Assembly (NCBI RefSeq): GCF_006345805.1
Contig: NC_043004.1
Coordinates: 22,444,001-22,508,000, forward strand
Direction of reading: 5' to 3'
Length of the DNA stretch: 64,000 nt
Source: Octopus sinensis
Lineage: Eukaryota
Below, piece after piece: positions 42,082 through 55,654 of the stretch. The notes beneath the pieces are model-generated. The model did not search any database. It saw only the letters and a program-made list of their open reading frames with translations, and was not told the origin of the DNA. The position numbers and the translations under genes were made by a program. The stretch's first letter is position 1; the number at the start of each line of letters is the position of its first letter.

Positions 42082-42366
42082 AATATTAGGGAATAAATCC
42101 AAACTTACAGGAAAATTATATTATATTATATATATTATTTATATCTTAAAAATATTGATTATATTTTAGATATTTAAACCACCTGATGAATGACTGTAAC
42201 TCGAAAATTTAAAGGAATTAACAGCCATGAAACGATCGTAGTGATATATTAATTATATTTTTTTTAATAATTTTGTTATATATTTAAATAATATAAATTA
42301 AATAATCTTATGTATTGGCTTAAGTTTTTGATTGTATGATTTGCCTAATAGTGGTTTTGTCTCTAA
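42078..42366 (+). mobile_element. Penelope-like pseudo-LTR remnant between (TA)n tracts
   Basis: Contains the 42178 hammerhead. Its right end (42290-42366) is a near-identical reverse complement of 820-900, which also abuts (TA)n. Confidence 0.6.
42178..42245 (+). ncRNA. Minimal type-I hammerhead ribozyme motif, intact core
   Basis: cac-CTGATGA(42183-89)-helix II ATGaCTGT...ACAGcCAT-GAAA(42229-32)-palindrome CGATCG-TA(cut after 42240)-gtg. Confidence 0.8.
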
Positions 42367-42821
42367 TATAATATAATATATATATATATATGTCTGTGTG
42401 TGTGTGTGTATATGTGTATATATATGGGCGTGTGTATTGATGCAATCATGTACACACATATGTATAGACACACACTCATACATAGCTAAAGTCGTGTGCA
42501 TATGCACACTTATAAATTCATTTGTAAGTATGTATAAAATTGTTATATTTATAAATATTAATATGCGTATATAATAAAGATGCAGCCAAGCTGGATAGTG
42601 AACATATGCCTGAATAAATAGGAAATAGCTTCTAAAATAAATTTGCTTTTAAATTAAAAAGATTATACAAATGTTCGACAGATGCTGTTCATAGCGTTCG
42701 CTCAGATATGAAGTATAAGTATAATATATCTGAAACCTTTTAAATTATGCTGTTTCTTTTAGAGAATATATATATTTCTGAATGTTCCACACTGATGTAA
42801 TGTGGAAGGCTGAACTGGATG

Positions 42822-43310
42822 CTAAAATTACAGGTACTGGCACGGGCATTTAATCTTCAGAAGGGCAGAGGTTGGTCAAATAACACTTTTTACGTACAGT
42901 TATGACTATTAGCTAATGAACAAAAGAGTAAGATCGTGAATACAAGTGGCTGAAATGAGAGTCTTTCGGGGGATCTCTGGAATAAGATTATGCGATAGAG
43001 TGTGTATCCCGGAAATCGAGGTGTCACTACTTCTATAATTACCTACTAATCCTCCGCAATTAACTATCATAGCTCCAGGACTATGGACGTGTGGTTATAT
43101 ACTCCAGGATACAGTCGTCAGACGGATTCTCCAAGCCGACCCGTACAGCAGGGGATCTAGTGATAGAGCAAGGAAATGGTTGGATAATGTCTATAATCTC
43201 TGTTTATTACCCTTAGAAATCCAGCCAGGAAATCTAATATTGATTGCTTTCGGTAGTGCTCTATGGAGGATGTGTCTGAAGACTCTGTTGCAATGACCCC
43301 AACCCCCTAC
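42822..43310 (+). mobile_element. RTE-clade LINE 3' fragment
   Basis: Translates to SYDY*LMNKRVRS*IQVAEMRVFRGISGIRLCDRV, then YG.VV...RRILQADP...RKWLDN and LWRMCLK, matching the RTE ORF C-terminal pattern (IQAAEM.FLRR...DRV; WYGHV; RPR.RW.D). Confidence 0.8.
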
Positions 43311-44174
43311 TCCGAAAAAGTAGTGGGAGTAGATGGATAGACAATTCCGCTCAGATCACACTTCATTCTGAATACGTCTCACGAAACGTTTTCAAAGCAT
43401 ACATTTTTTGTTATTTATGTATAGGTAGGACTATATTAACATATATGTACTACTTTGTTTAGGGTGGCGGGCTTTGATGATGTGCCTCTTGCATGTCAAG
43501 CAACCACTTAGAGAAGCCGTTGCATTTTATTTTTTCCAATCTTTGTAAAGATTTATTGAGATTACCTTTCCTATGTGATGGATTACTTAGAATTTCATTA
43601 CTTCACGAACTCTCTTTGTATATTAAGAACTTTATACCACGTCTTAGTTTCACCTTTCTAGAGATTATAAATTACTCTCTAGAATACGCTTTCTACCTAT
43701 GTCACGTATTATTTCAGAAAGCTTGCAAAAACGTTACTAGGCCAGACGAAATGCCAAAACGTTACTAGGCCGGACGAAATGCACAGAGACATTTATTCTA
43801 GCCGTTTACGTTTATTGAAATTGATGAACGTCTACTAAGATGGAAATTATATTTCAAAAATGTGTAGACTGATATAAAACATATTTACACTTTAAATTTT
43901 ATGCTCACATTTGTTACGAATTTAAAAAAAATTTCTCTCTTATGTAATCACTCTTTTGGATTTCGAGTGGAATAAAAACTAGTTTTTCTGTCGATTCCAT
44001 TTAATCATTTATACATCATATACAGTTATTCTTCAGAAACTTTTTATTCTGTTTAAAACAGATTGTCATATATATTCAGGTTTAACAGCCTCACAGCTCA
44101 AACACAACGTAATTACATTTGTTGCCGTTGTGGGGTACTAGTTACAACGCCTTAGTTAATATTTACTAATTTCA

Positions 44175-44370
44175 TGGCGAACTGAAAGAATCGGTAGCCT
44201 ATCGGATAAAACTCTTAGTGGCATTTCTCGCAGTTCTTTACATTCTGAGTTCAGATTCCGCCGAGGCCAGCTTTGCATTTCCTCTTTTCAGGAGTCGATA
44301 AGATTGTAGCAGTGATCACTGGGATCGATGTAATTTACTCCATCCCCATTTCAAAATTACTGGCCTTCGG
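44175..44370 (+). mobile_element. tRNA-SINE family A copy (diverged)
   Basis: ttctgagttcagattccgccgagg...ctttgcattt...gtcgataag...ctgggatcgatgtaat. Confidence 0.75.
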
Positions 44371-46668
44371 TTAAAATTATGAAGAATATTTATCAGGATT
44401 TATTTTACTCTACTCAATGAGATATCATTTCGGTAAATAAGCACTAGCTGTCTATTACATTCTACGGTATCTGATTGTACTTTTGTATTCTTAAATTAGT
44501 TTTATTATCTGTGAGCAGACGGATTTTGTTTGACATAAGTTTCTTTTGTTAATCAATGTTATTGATTCTGTGAAATGTTTTTATTCAATATATTGATTAT
44601 TTTTTGAATTCTGTTCACAAGTATGTATTAGTCCTAATACAGTTTGTTTGCGTTACCAATCCTTTCAGTATGCTCAAGTAGTAATTAAACTAATATCAAA
44701 TATATCTGACTTGAGAAACAATTTTCTGTGTGTTTAAATTCTGAGACTGAACTTTTTTGTATTTAGTTTCCCACACAGGTGAAACAACTACGAATTGACA
44801 GCTTTCTTAAATCATATCCATTGTAAGACCCTTATTTGCAGATGTCCCCAAACTTTTGGGTGTGGTGTTTTAGTTTGTATATGACAAGAACATAATGCGA
44901 CAAAATTACAAATATTTCAAAAAGTATAAAGCGATTAAGCTGCAATAATAGCATTGGCCTAACGAGAAATGTAACATATGTTGGTTCATTGTCGAGCTTC
45001 AATTCATACAAGGAACATGTCTGTACATCTAAAAATGCAAATGTATTTTATGTATGTGTGTTTGTGTGTGTCTTATACGTGAATATGTGTGTGAGTGTGC
45101 GCGCGCGCGTGTGCTTGTGTGTGTATGTGTATGTTTTTGAAGTGTCCCATAGGTTTCCTTGCGAATACACATCTTAGTTTTTTTATGGATACAAACATTG
45201 TGCTAAAGAATATTCAAAATCTATTTCCATACAAGCGTTGTTCAGCAATAAACCCGAACTGTGGTGACATCAATGAATGAGCAAGTGTAGGAAAAATAAC
45301 GGATCAAAGATGGACACCAAGGGAGCTAGTTTCAATATTTTTCTCTCTCACTCGTTCATCTTTTCACCATTGATTTTCTCAATGCTTGATAAACTTTTCT
45401 GGTGACCATACATTAATAAATAATGTTGACTCTCTGGTAGACTGATCTGCACTTTACATTATCCTAGTATTTATACATCTGAGATATGTGACTTGCCATA
45501 TAACGACATTTTATATGATTTACATCATTGCTACATAACATTTTACATAATTGTCACAGTTTTATGCGCCAGTATAATATGTAAAATATATTTAATTAAG
45601 TGGGTTTTGTCTATGATTATTCCAGTTTGTTTGTCAACTGAAGTATCTTCTGCTTGAATTTATGCGTATATAGCTTATTATTCTGCAGACATTTGTGTCC
45701 TTCACGTATTTCTCGTGCAAAGTCAGCTTAACACAATAAGGGGCAGGCTGCTCTTTTAAATTACAAATAGAGTTCAACCGACCGGCCTCCACAGAGTTTC
45801 TCCTTACTCAGTTCTCCTCACAACGTTGAAGTTGAATGATTAAAGACGTTTGTGTAAACCACGTCACATGGGATCGGACTAAGGAGCTTCTTAAATGTGA
45901 AGCGAATCGCTTCACCATTAAAACTTGCTAGCAATGAAAACACTTCAATCACAAGCACAGATTATGAATACTGATCATCTCTTTGAAGCAATATATTTAT
46001 GAAGGACCACCTGTTTGTTATAACCACAAGAGCGGAAGAGTTTGCATTACCATTAGTATCGCATTTATTGATTGTCCATGTGACTGCTGATTAGATTTAA
46101 AATGTTCTTAATCCGTTGTATCAATGTGAAGAGTTCTTCTGCCGAATAGAAATTCATTGATGCTGACATAATATAAATCAACGACTCTTAGATATTCTAA
46201 ATCAACCAATCAACTCTACCAATTGTAACACTCACCTTAATTTATATAGTCATAAAAATGTAAATGTCTTTCCGTTAATTGCATTGCCATATTTCAAGTC
46301 ACTAATTCATTTTGGTTTATCTGCTTTGCCATAAGAAGAAACATATATTTCTAGTCGGTCTTGCTGTTAAAGCCATCAGAAGCGACATTCAGAAAACAAG
46401 GAGATAATTAAATAGAAGAAAACATCCGGGAAATCAATTGTGAGTAATGGCTCATTAGAAAATTTTACTGAATAATGTACTGACGTAAACATAAAAATAA
46501 AATAATTTCTGTGTTTTTTTTTTATCAGGGCTATAGTTCATAGATTCGCTAAATATGGATATAGATTTAAGATAATCACTGTGCAATTACGATTACTTAA
46601 TATACAGCACATCACTTAGATTGGTAAAAAACGTTTATCATGTATGCATACACACACACACACACATT

Positions 46669-46700
<32 letters not shown>

Positions 46701-46824
46701 CAGAAACGTGTATGTGTCCGCGCGCCTTTGTGTGTGTGAGTCAGATGCAAAAATATTCCCTTTTACATATGCTGTGATATTTCTAAATAAAATTGTGCGC
46801 TTCTGTATGTTTGCCTATATATAT

Positions 46825-47221
46825 AGGAGTGGCTGTGTGGAGGCACAGGTGTGGATTTGTGGTAAGTAGCTTGCTTACCAACCACATGGCTCCGGGTTCA
46901 GTCCCACTGCGTGACACCTTGGCCAAGTGTTTTCTACTATAGCCTCGGGCCGACCAAAGCCTTGAGTGGATTTCGTAGACAGAAACTAAAAGAAGCTCGA
47001 CGTATATATGTATATATATGTGTGTTTGTGTGTCTGTGTTTGTTCCCACCCCAACATCGCTTGACAACCGATGCTGGTGTGTTTACGTCCCGTAACTTAG
47101 CGGTAAGGCGAAAACAGGACCATAGAATAAGTACTAAGCTTACAAAGAATAGATTTCCTCGACTAAATGCAGTGCTCCAGCATGGCCACAGTCAAATGAC
47201 TGAAACAAGAAAAAGAGTAAA
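46825..47221 (+). mobile_element. tRNA-SINE family B, full length
   Basis: Head ggtaagtagcttgcttaccaaccacatgg.tccgggttcagtccc (B-box-like), internal TA/TG tract, tail cagcatggccacagtcaaatgactgaaacaag. Confidence 0.85.
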
Positions 47222-47786
47222 CAAGTATACATACATACATACATATATATATATATTTCTGAGAGCTATATATATATATATATATATGAAATATTTATAT
47301 ATATATAAAACAATCAGTTGCTCACATAGCTGGCATATACCATTTCAATAGCAACAAGGATGACAGTCAGCCAAAATTTATATTATGCTTTCTCTCTTCT
47401 TTCAACTCTTTGTGGGGTTAATAACCTTAAACTTTAGTTACAGTTTTTCATTCAAACTACATAATAGGCAGAATAGTCGGATTAAGACAGTAGGGTGTTT
47501 TGAGGAAGATTTGGTTGCTATTTCTACAAGGTCTACCTGCAATGTAGAGGTCTGAACATAATTTTCATTCACATATTTGCAAGACAAGATGAAACTAGTA
47601 AATTATTACTGGATGATTCTAGATCCAGATTTTGTACTGACGAGGCAAAGCATTCATAAATGCAAAGACAGATATCTCTTTATTTTTCTCCATGTTGATA
47701 TATGGACAATTTATTTGGTTTTAAAGTCAGACCATAGCTGCTATTTTCAGCATGTGGTGGTATCTCCTATATACCCTAATTTATAA

Positions 47787-47840
<54 letters not shown>

Positions 47841-47897
47841 GTAAAATAATATGTGACAATTATTCAATAGCCAAGATAAAACTCTGAGTTTTTACCA

Positions 47898-47970
<73 letters not shown>

Positions 47971-47973
<3 letters not shown>

Positions 47974-48288
47974 TAGCCTTGAAGCTGTCCGATGGGCGGC
48001 ATTCAGGTTAAGTGCTATGGGTTGAATCTTTGAGGCTTTCGAGCCGCTTTGTGGCCCTCTACCCTTGTATGGTTAAACGTACTTCTGCAAATGTGCTCAG
48101 CACTGATGTTGGTCATAGTATAATCAATAAACGTAGGGGTGAGGTAAATGCAGTAAAAATTGGGGTCAGTGGGACCCCTCTTAGGTGGTTGTTAAAGCAA
48201 ATAGAACCCTTTGGAATTCTCTGAGAATAGGAGGGTTGCTGGTTTAAGTTTCGTTGTCCTTGCACACACACCCACAATCATACACACA

Positions 48289-48330
<42 letters not shown>

Positions 48331-49008
48331 TAAAACGGTAAGATAACAAAAGAAAGAGACCTCAATATTATTTAAATAGAGGAAATTGATCTATACAATA
48401 ATATGTTACATTACTCGATAGTCAAGATAAAGCAGAGTTATAACACAGTAATTTCCCTTTATATAACGGTATTTTTTCATAGCGTTTTCAAATAGCCAGA
48501 TAACCGAAGAGATGTTGTTGTGGATTTCCACTTCGGCATCTGAAACTCTGAGTTTTGTCTTGACTATCGAGTAATGTAACATATTATTGTATATATATAT
48601 ATATATTCGAAATAATTGAACATTTTAACCCCACAACAATTTTGGCCAAATGTCGTTGATCAGTTAATCAAAAATCATCTTTCTCTTTGCTTGAGTGGCG
48701 TAGGGAAAAATGTATTTGTTGTAACCATTCTTCAGCCCATATTCCGTCTGCGTATAAAATTCCATGAAAACAAGTTGAAAACTTTAAAAGTTAAGGCAGA
48801 AAATAACGTTGATATTAGAATGTGCATTGAAATCTGCTATTGATTGTTGAAAAGTCGATGCCAATTAAAAAATATTCGATTGTTTTGAAATTCCACGTAC
48901 GTAAGTGGCCGCAAGTTTCATCAAGATCGGTTGGATCGTCTCGGAAGAGTTTAAGTAACAAATTCACACACACCAGAAACAGACAGAGACTGCCATTTAT
49001 GTATATAG
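47971..49008 (-). mobile_element. Helitron-like element, diverged relative of 57551-57925, carrying an internal insertion near 48290-48610
   Basis: Begins tactagc (reverse CTAG end). The right end aagtttcatcaagatcggttgg...cagagactgccatttatgtatatag is homologous to the reverse complement of 57551-57650. Confidence 0.55.
48495..48560 (+). ncRNA. Decayed hammerhead motif
   Basis: CCGAAGA(48504-10)-GATG...GTGGA tt TCCAC...CATC-t-GAAA-CTCTGAG-TT. Confidence 0.5.
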
Positions 49009-50380
49009 TTAGCTACCCAGGATTCGTTTGACTGGGACACGTTTGATCAGGTGTTCTCTCTATCAAAGCTAACCTGGCGTTAAACATATTCTTATCACTT
49101 TTTAACTACATATAATACCGCACTCTAAAAACCCGTGGCCAAAATGTCTTCTTTCAGTTATATAAAGTTTCAGAGAAAGACGTTCTATCTTTCTATGTAA
49201 ATATTCAACCGAATAAAAAAACGATGAACACTTTTTCCCCAGTTACAAGACAATCTTCTTCCCATATTTTTGAATTGCTCCCACGTATGAAACAACGCAA
49301 ATATAGATATTTCGCTATCAACGATATAGATATTCTTATATTCGGCAAATTTAATCTGCTGCTACTCAGCTGACAACAAATAACAAATAAATCCCTCGTA
49401 ATTTACAATTTCTGGATGGATGTATGGAATACCGTCGATAATTGGAGGTGAAGTGATAGCATGGATCCCTGTGGTTTGTGGATATTATTAGATAATGCTG
49501 TGGATGATGATGTTGTTGGTAATCATATTGGTGGCGGTGATGGGACTTCTTTTTGATGTTGCTGTCGTTGTTTTGTTGTTGTTGTTGTGTTTTTGTTGTT
49601 GTTTCCCTTAGTGCATCTCAAAACTAACGACTGCTCTACGCAGAGTAACGAAATCTCATTAGTAAGTTAAGTAGTAGAATGAATAGCAAGAGAGAAGACC
49701 AAGAATTACGTGGATGGATAACATCAAGGACTGGACAGATATAAAATGCAGTCAATATATAAGGATAGTACAAGGAAGATTGAGATGCTAATGCTTGGTG
49801 AGAGCAAACATGATGATGATGATGATGATGAAACATGACCAGAATATAATTATAAAATAACGAAGAAACTATTTTGGTTTATATGACAGAATAAGAGCTG
49901 AAAAGTTTAGTTTTTTTTTTCAAATAAACTTTATATACTCTGGTCTGAGTGCTATAAGTCAGTAAGTCTATATACGTATAGGAACGTGTATCTATATACA
50001 TCTACTTATGTGTAGTACTTATTTGTACATGCCCATGTATGTGTAGGATTGCATAAGCGCAAGTGTCTAGAGACGTAACGTATGTAAGTACTAAATACTC
50101 TATCATCTCTAGAGACATACTCTGTCTTCATTCCCCTCCCCAAGGTATCATTTTCTCAATATACATCTCCTTCTTTCCGCCCTCTTTCACTCTCTCTCTC
50201 TCCTCCTTTCTCTCCCACACACACATACAACACATTTATATTTGTATATATATATATATTATATATATATATAATATATATATATAACACACACATATAT
50301 ATGTATGTGTAAGTACGTATATATATTCATTTATATGCACATATACAGACATACATATACATACATTCTTATATATATGT

Positions 50381-50453
<73 letters not shown>

Positions 50454-50458
50454 TATGT

Positions 50459-50554
<96 letters not shown>

Positions 50555-50640
50555 CATGCATTCATTTGAAATTGAAAACAAATACGTTACAATGGCACGA
50601 TCATGGCTCGTATATACATGATAGCATTCGCATTAAGTGT

Positions 50641-50691
50641 TATTGTCTACAGACTTTGATTCGAGAATGTCAGGAAACGTACGACACAATA
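50641..50691 (+). ncRNA. Decayed hammerhead motif
   Basis: TATTGT-ctacaga-...-GAAA-CGTACG-ac-ACAATA: perfect 6-bp helix I and palindromic helix III; core and cleavage U mutated. Confidence 0.45.
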
Positions 50692-51469
50692 TAGATTCCT
50701 GTTTTTGGTTCTCTAACCTTTTATCGTAGAAAGAACAGAAATTACTCTGAAGGGAACAACTAACAAACTCTTCCATTGTATGACCATTCTCCTAATTACA
50801 GGCATGGTGGTTTGTTTTGTGACAAACTAGTTGCAGGTTTGATTCCACTACGTGGAACATGGAGTTAGTGAGGTTTTCCAAGGTCTTAAATTGATAAAAT
50901 TGTTTTTCGGTGTAAATATACTGGATGGAAATACACTGAAGTTTTCTGTCCTAGCTTTCTTTTGTGGGTGGAGGATAGCCTTAATCGGTCAATTTGCTTA
51001 CCACCATCATCAAGCTTTTGGGGGCCAATAAATGTGTTCTAAACATTCTTTCCGGATCTTTAGTACACGTATATCTACCTCCTTTCACTTCATCATTCTT
51101 GGAGTTTCTAAAAAGTGACCATGGCTGTTACCTCTCCTCCTCTTACAAATATAAATTGTGAGAGTGTCAGTGGTGGAATAAAAAAATACCTTCTGGTGTT
51201 TTCATGGACATTGATTATGTGATAGAGTATTCTGTCATAAGCTACATTAATTATACAGTGATAAAAGTCAGCTAGCTGGCAGAATTGTTAACGCGTCAGA
51301 CAAAATGTTTAACAGCATATCCGGCTTTGCGTTCGGATGTGGAATTCTTTCGGAGATCAATAAATTAAGTAATATTTGAGTGCTAAAGTTGAGGCAATAT
51401 CCGACGTGTATGAGTGTGAGAGGGAGATAGTCAGACAGACACACAGACAGTCAGACAAACAGAGACCGT

Positions 51470-51600
51470 TAAAATAGGTACTAGGCTTAAAAAATAAGTA
51501 CTGGGCTCGATTAATTCCGCTAAAAATTCAACGCCTTGCCTCAGCCGTGCTCCAGCATGGCCGCAGTCTAATAACTGAAACAAGTAAGAGATAAAAGATA
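51470..51600 (+). mobile_element. tRNA-SINE family B tail
   Basis: aataagtactggg.tcgatt...gtgctccagcatggccgcagtctaataactgaaacaagtaag. Confidence 0.7.
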
Positions 51601-51722
51601 AGAGATCGTCATCATTGCCCACTTTCCATGCTGGTATGGGTTGCACGATCTGACATGGGCTTGACTAGCAGGGACCTCCGTTGTGGCATGGTTTCTACGG
51701 CTGGATATCCTTCCTAGCGCCA

Positions 51723-51764
<42 letters not shown>

Positions 51765-52918
51765 TTGTTTTTTGCTGCCTGATTAAGTCTGCGGGAACTA
51801 AGAGATCTTGCTGTTATTATTAACTCTAAACCGATGGGAAAATAATCCGATTATATTTAAACAACAGAAACATGTTTGCCGTTTATTAAATTTCATTCGC
51901 AGTGTTTTAGTGGATCCCAGACAATAGTAAAAGATATTTTCCCATGATGTAACACTATGTTTCAACCTGAAACCATTTAGCACTTAAAAGTAGTCAGTTA
52001 TATGCGACAGCCAAAAATAGTAAGTAGACTGAGGCGAGACGTTAACTTGAATACGAAGCTTATGTTTCGTTTTATTTTTTCTGGATGTCACTTCTTTAAC
52101 TACTAATTAGTGCAGCTGGGAATATTTATAGCTATTGTAGATATAGAAGATTATGAGGAGTGGGGGTAGCTGGAGAGTGTTAGAGAAAACTCTAATGAAA
52201 CTAGATAAGATGTAATACAAAGATAAACAGAAGTAAATTTAAGGAGAAAGAGATAAAGAGACGTTGCAATAGAGTGTGTAAATTTATGTGTGAGAAACAA
52301 TGTCAGTAATTGTTGCTTTTCAAATCAACGTTAGTTGTTTTAATAAAGAAATCTTACTAAAATGATAAACAATTACTTAAATATTTATAAGAACATCATT
52401 GCAATAATACTGATTATATGTTTCTCAACTCAATTAAAGAATCGACAGATTTATGAACGGTAAACACACACAAAATCTATCTGACAATGTTACCTGAAAT
52501 ATCAAACTGAAGCCATCAAGAAACTTAAGAGAGCATCAATCGATATGTTATCTACCATCGAGGGAAATAAATACATTAAGACGATAACCGTCAAAGAAAA
52601 AGTTGGTACTTAACACAATGACGTGATAAACTTAACGATATCAAAGAGAAGCTGATGACTAAATTTAGTGAAATAAATCAAGAATACTGTGAAGACAGCT
52701 CTTATCTAAACTTCTATTTATTCTGTCAGAATCAAGTCAGCAGTCAGATCACTAGGCTCTTCTGTCGATTTCAGTTTAGATGTGATTTCTAAGCAGATAT
52801 CCAGATACACTTTGCAATGTGATGACGTAATTTAGTGGGCAAATGTCACACATAAGAGAACTTTTTCAATTAATGAAGAAAGCTATTTAAAAGTTAACAT
52901 ACAATCGCATCTCTACTC

Positions 52919-52920
<2 letters not shown>

Positions 52921-52981
<61 letters not shown>

Positions 52982-52990
52982 ACACACACA
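52921..52990. repeat. (CA)n microsatellite
   Basis: Directly visible. Confidence 0.98.
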
Positions 52991-53394
52991 AACGCGCGCA
53001 CACTGACAGGTGTCCATACAGAAATACGTATATACGAAGAAAGGTCTCATATCAGATTTAGATTAATACTTGCAGATTGCGGTAACGAAGAGGCATTTAC
53101 ATGGGTTTATATAATTTTTAATATCAGCATGTCTCTGAATGTGTGTGTGTGTCGTCTATGTGTTTGTGTGTTGTATGTGTTGTGTGTGTGTGTGTGTGTG
53201 TACGTGGGTGTGTTCAGAAATAGTTATAGAGGATAAAAAATTGTTGATGAAATCCTTGTTCAAATATTTACAGAACCATTTATTTGTTTGTATGGATGAC
53301 TTTTTACGTCCGTGTATAAATGCAGTATTGGCTACATATAACCCCACCACTACACATATAGTTTTATATATATATATATATATTATATATATAT

Positions 53395-53426
<32 letters not shown>

Positions 53427-53526
53427 GACCGGAGTAAACACATAAATGTGAAACAAGGTGGAAAAAAGAGTACTCAAGTACCAGTGGTAGAGTAATATGC
53501 TTTATTTTAAGCAGCAAAAAATTCAA

Positions 53527-53575
53527 CAAAATTTGTTACTCTGAGTTTCTCGTTGCCGTTCATCAGACAGTTTTT
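53527..53575 (-). ncRNA. Hammerhead ribozyme motif, inverted partner of 54828-54877
   Basis: Minus strand aaaaactgt-CTGATGA-acggcaacga-GAAA-ctcagag-TA-acaaattttg; helix I weakened. Confidence 0.72.
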
Positions 53576-54827
53576 AAAAAATGGGTGCATTAATAAAAAT
53601 ATATACGAAAGACATATAAAATAAAATATAACATCCTATTTTGGGTCATTTATAAATAATCAAGGTAATATAAATAATCAAGGTAATCCTATGCAATACA
53701 ATAACATGAAAACAAAGTTTGTAGGTTTTTCCTAATATATATGTAGAAACATAAGACTTTGCTATAAATCCGTCGTAGCGCTCAAGAGTCAAAATCAAAG
53801 TCAAAAATCAAAAATACAAAATATATACTCTATCCATATGGTATATTTATATTCGACATTTTAAATTTAGCCGCTACGACGGATGTATAGCAAAGTCTTA
53901 TGTTTCTACATATATATTAGGAAAAGCCTACAAACTTTGTTTTCATGTTATTGTATTGCATAGGATTACCTTGATTATTTATATTACCTTGATTATTTAT
54001 AAATGACCCAAAATAGGATGTTATATTTTATTTTATATGTCTTTCGTATATATTTTTATTAATGCACCCATTTTTTAAAAGCAATGTTTTTTTAAAAAAA
54101 AGCAATGTTGTCAAAATTAGAATGTTTATATAAGTATGTGTATAGCAAAGCATATGTATTTGTAAGCATGCGTATCTGTGTATGTGTAAGTGAAAGTATG
54201 CTTGTGCTTAAGCACACATATACACGACGGTATGTATATGTATCAATTCAAACTTGTGTATGTATACTGGTCTCTATAGATGCCAATAACATCGTTACAA
54301 GTTTCCCCCACCCCACCCCTCCTTCGTTCCTTTTTCTCTCTTTCCCTTTCTTTCGTTCCCCCTCCTTGCTCAGTATATGAGAATTGCTACATAGATGAAT
54401 TTTAGCTTGCGTGCGAGACGGTTTGCGTGAATATATGTACACATGCTTTTATGTGTATATTTAGATTCATATTCATACGTTTGTATATGTATGTATGGCG
54501 TTTACGCGCATCCTTTTGTGTATGTTGATATATATATGTAGATTTTAATATAAATTTGTATTGCAGTATTTATAACAGGTTTAATTTCTATGCAGTAATT
54601 TGTACTGTCTTCATTAACGGCAATAGGTTTTTTCCTCGGTTTTTTCCTCGGATTTTATAATTTTTATAAGTTTTTTTATATATATATACATATATTTTTG
54701 ACCTTTTTGTTTATCGCTCGAAGATTGGCCGTTTTTTCTAAAGGGCCAATCAAACAAGTCCATTTCTTTTTAAAGGTGTAGCGTTTGTAAGAGTATAGAT
54801 TGAATTAATATATAAGTTCCATTCTAG

Positions 54828-54877
54828 CAAAAACTGTCTGATGAACGGCAACGAGAAACTCAGAGTAACAGATTTTG
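54828..54877 (+). ncRNA. Minimal type-I hammerhead ribozyme motif, intact core
   Basis: caaaaactgt-CTGATGA-aCG GCAA CGa-GAAA-CTC a GAG-TA(cut after 54867)-acagattttg; helix I pairs 9/10. Confidence 0.8.
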
Positions 54878-54928
54878 TTGAATTTTCTGCTGCTTAAAAT
54901 AAAGTATATATATATATATATATATAAA

Positions 54929-55078
54929 GGCGCAGGTAAGAAGCATGCTTCCCAACCAATTGGTCCTGGATTCAGTCCCATTGCGTGGCAGCTTAGGCAA
55001 GTTTCTTCTGCTATAGCCTCGGACTGATCAAAGCCTTGTGAGTGGATTTTGTAGAGGGAAACTGAAAGAAACCCGTCG

Positions 55079-55118
<40 letters not shown>

Positions 55119-55325
55119 ATATGAGTTTGTGTCTGTTTTTGTCCCCCCACCATCGTTTGATAACCAATGTTGGTGTGTTTACGTCCCCGTGACTTATCGG
55201 TTCTGCAAAGTGACCGATAGAATAAGTACTACGCTTACACGGAATAACTCCTAGGGTTCATTTTTTCGATTAAAGGCCGTGTTCCAGCATGGGCGCAATC
55301 AAAGGACTGAAACAAGTAAAAGAAT
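54929..55325 (+). mobile_element. tRNA-SINE family B, full length
   Basis: Collinear with 46825-47221. Confidence 0.85.
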
Positions 55326-55614
55326 AATATGTAGTACAGTGGATTACTAGGGTTATGGAATTTGTTTGTTTAAAAGTGAAGTGTGGAGGGAGGGTAAAAT
55401 TTGCATGAGCCTGCATGAAAATGCTTTCTTTTCTTAAAAAGAATCATAACGATAGTGACTATGGAGATTGGTACATACTGATAATTTATTTCCTTTTATT
55501 TTACAATGTCACACAAGACATTATCATGGTGGTTACGATGACCTACATGCGTTTCCGCCGCAGAGAGTATGAGCAGTTGCATATGCAACCCGATTAATTT
55601 TCTGTAGCAGCTTC

Positions 55615-55654
<40 letters not shown>

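Larger units (their letters stand above)
53428..54905. mobile_element. Penelope-like composite with inverted hammerhead-bearing ends and an internal 209-bp foldback
   Basis: Inverted ends 53500-53580 and 54828-54905, both ending at TA runs. Arms 53572-53780 and 53872-54080. Confidence 0.6.
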
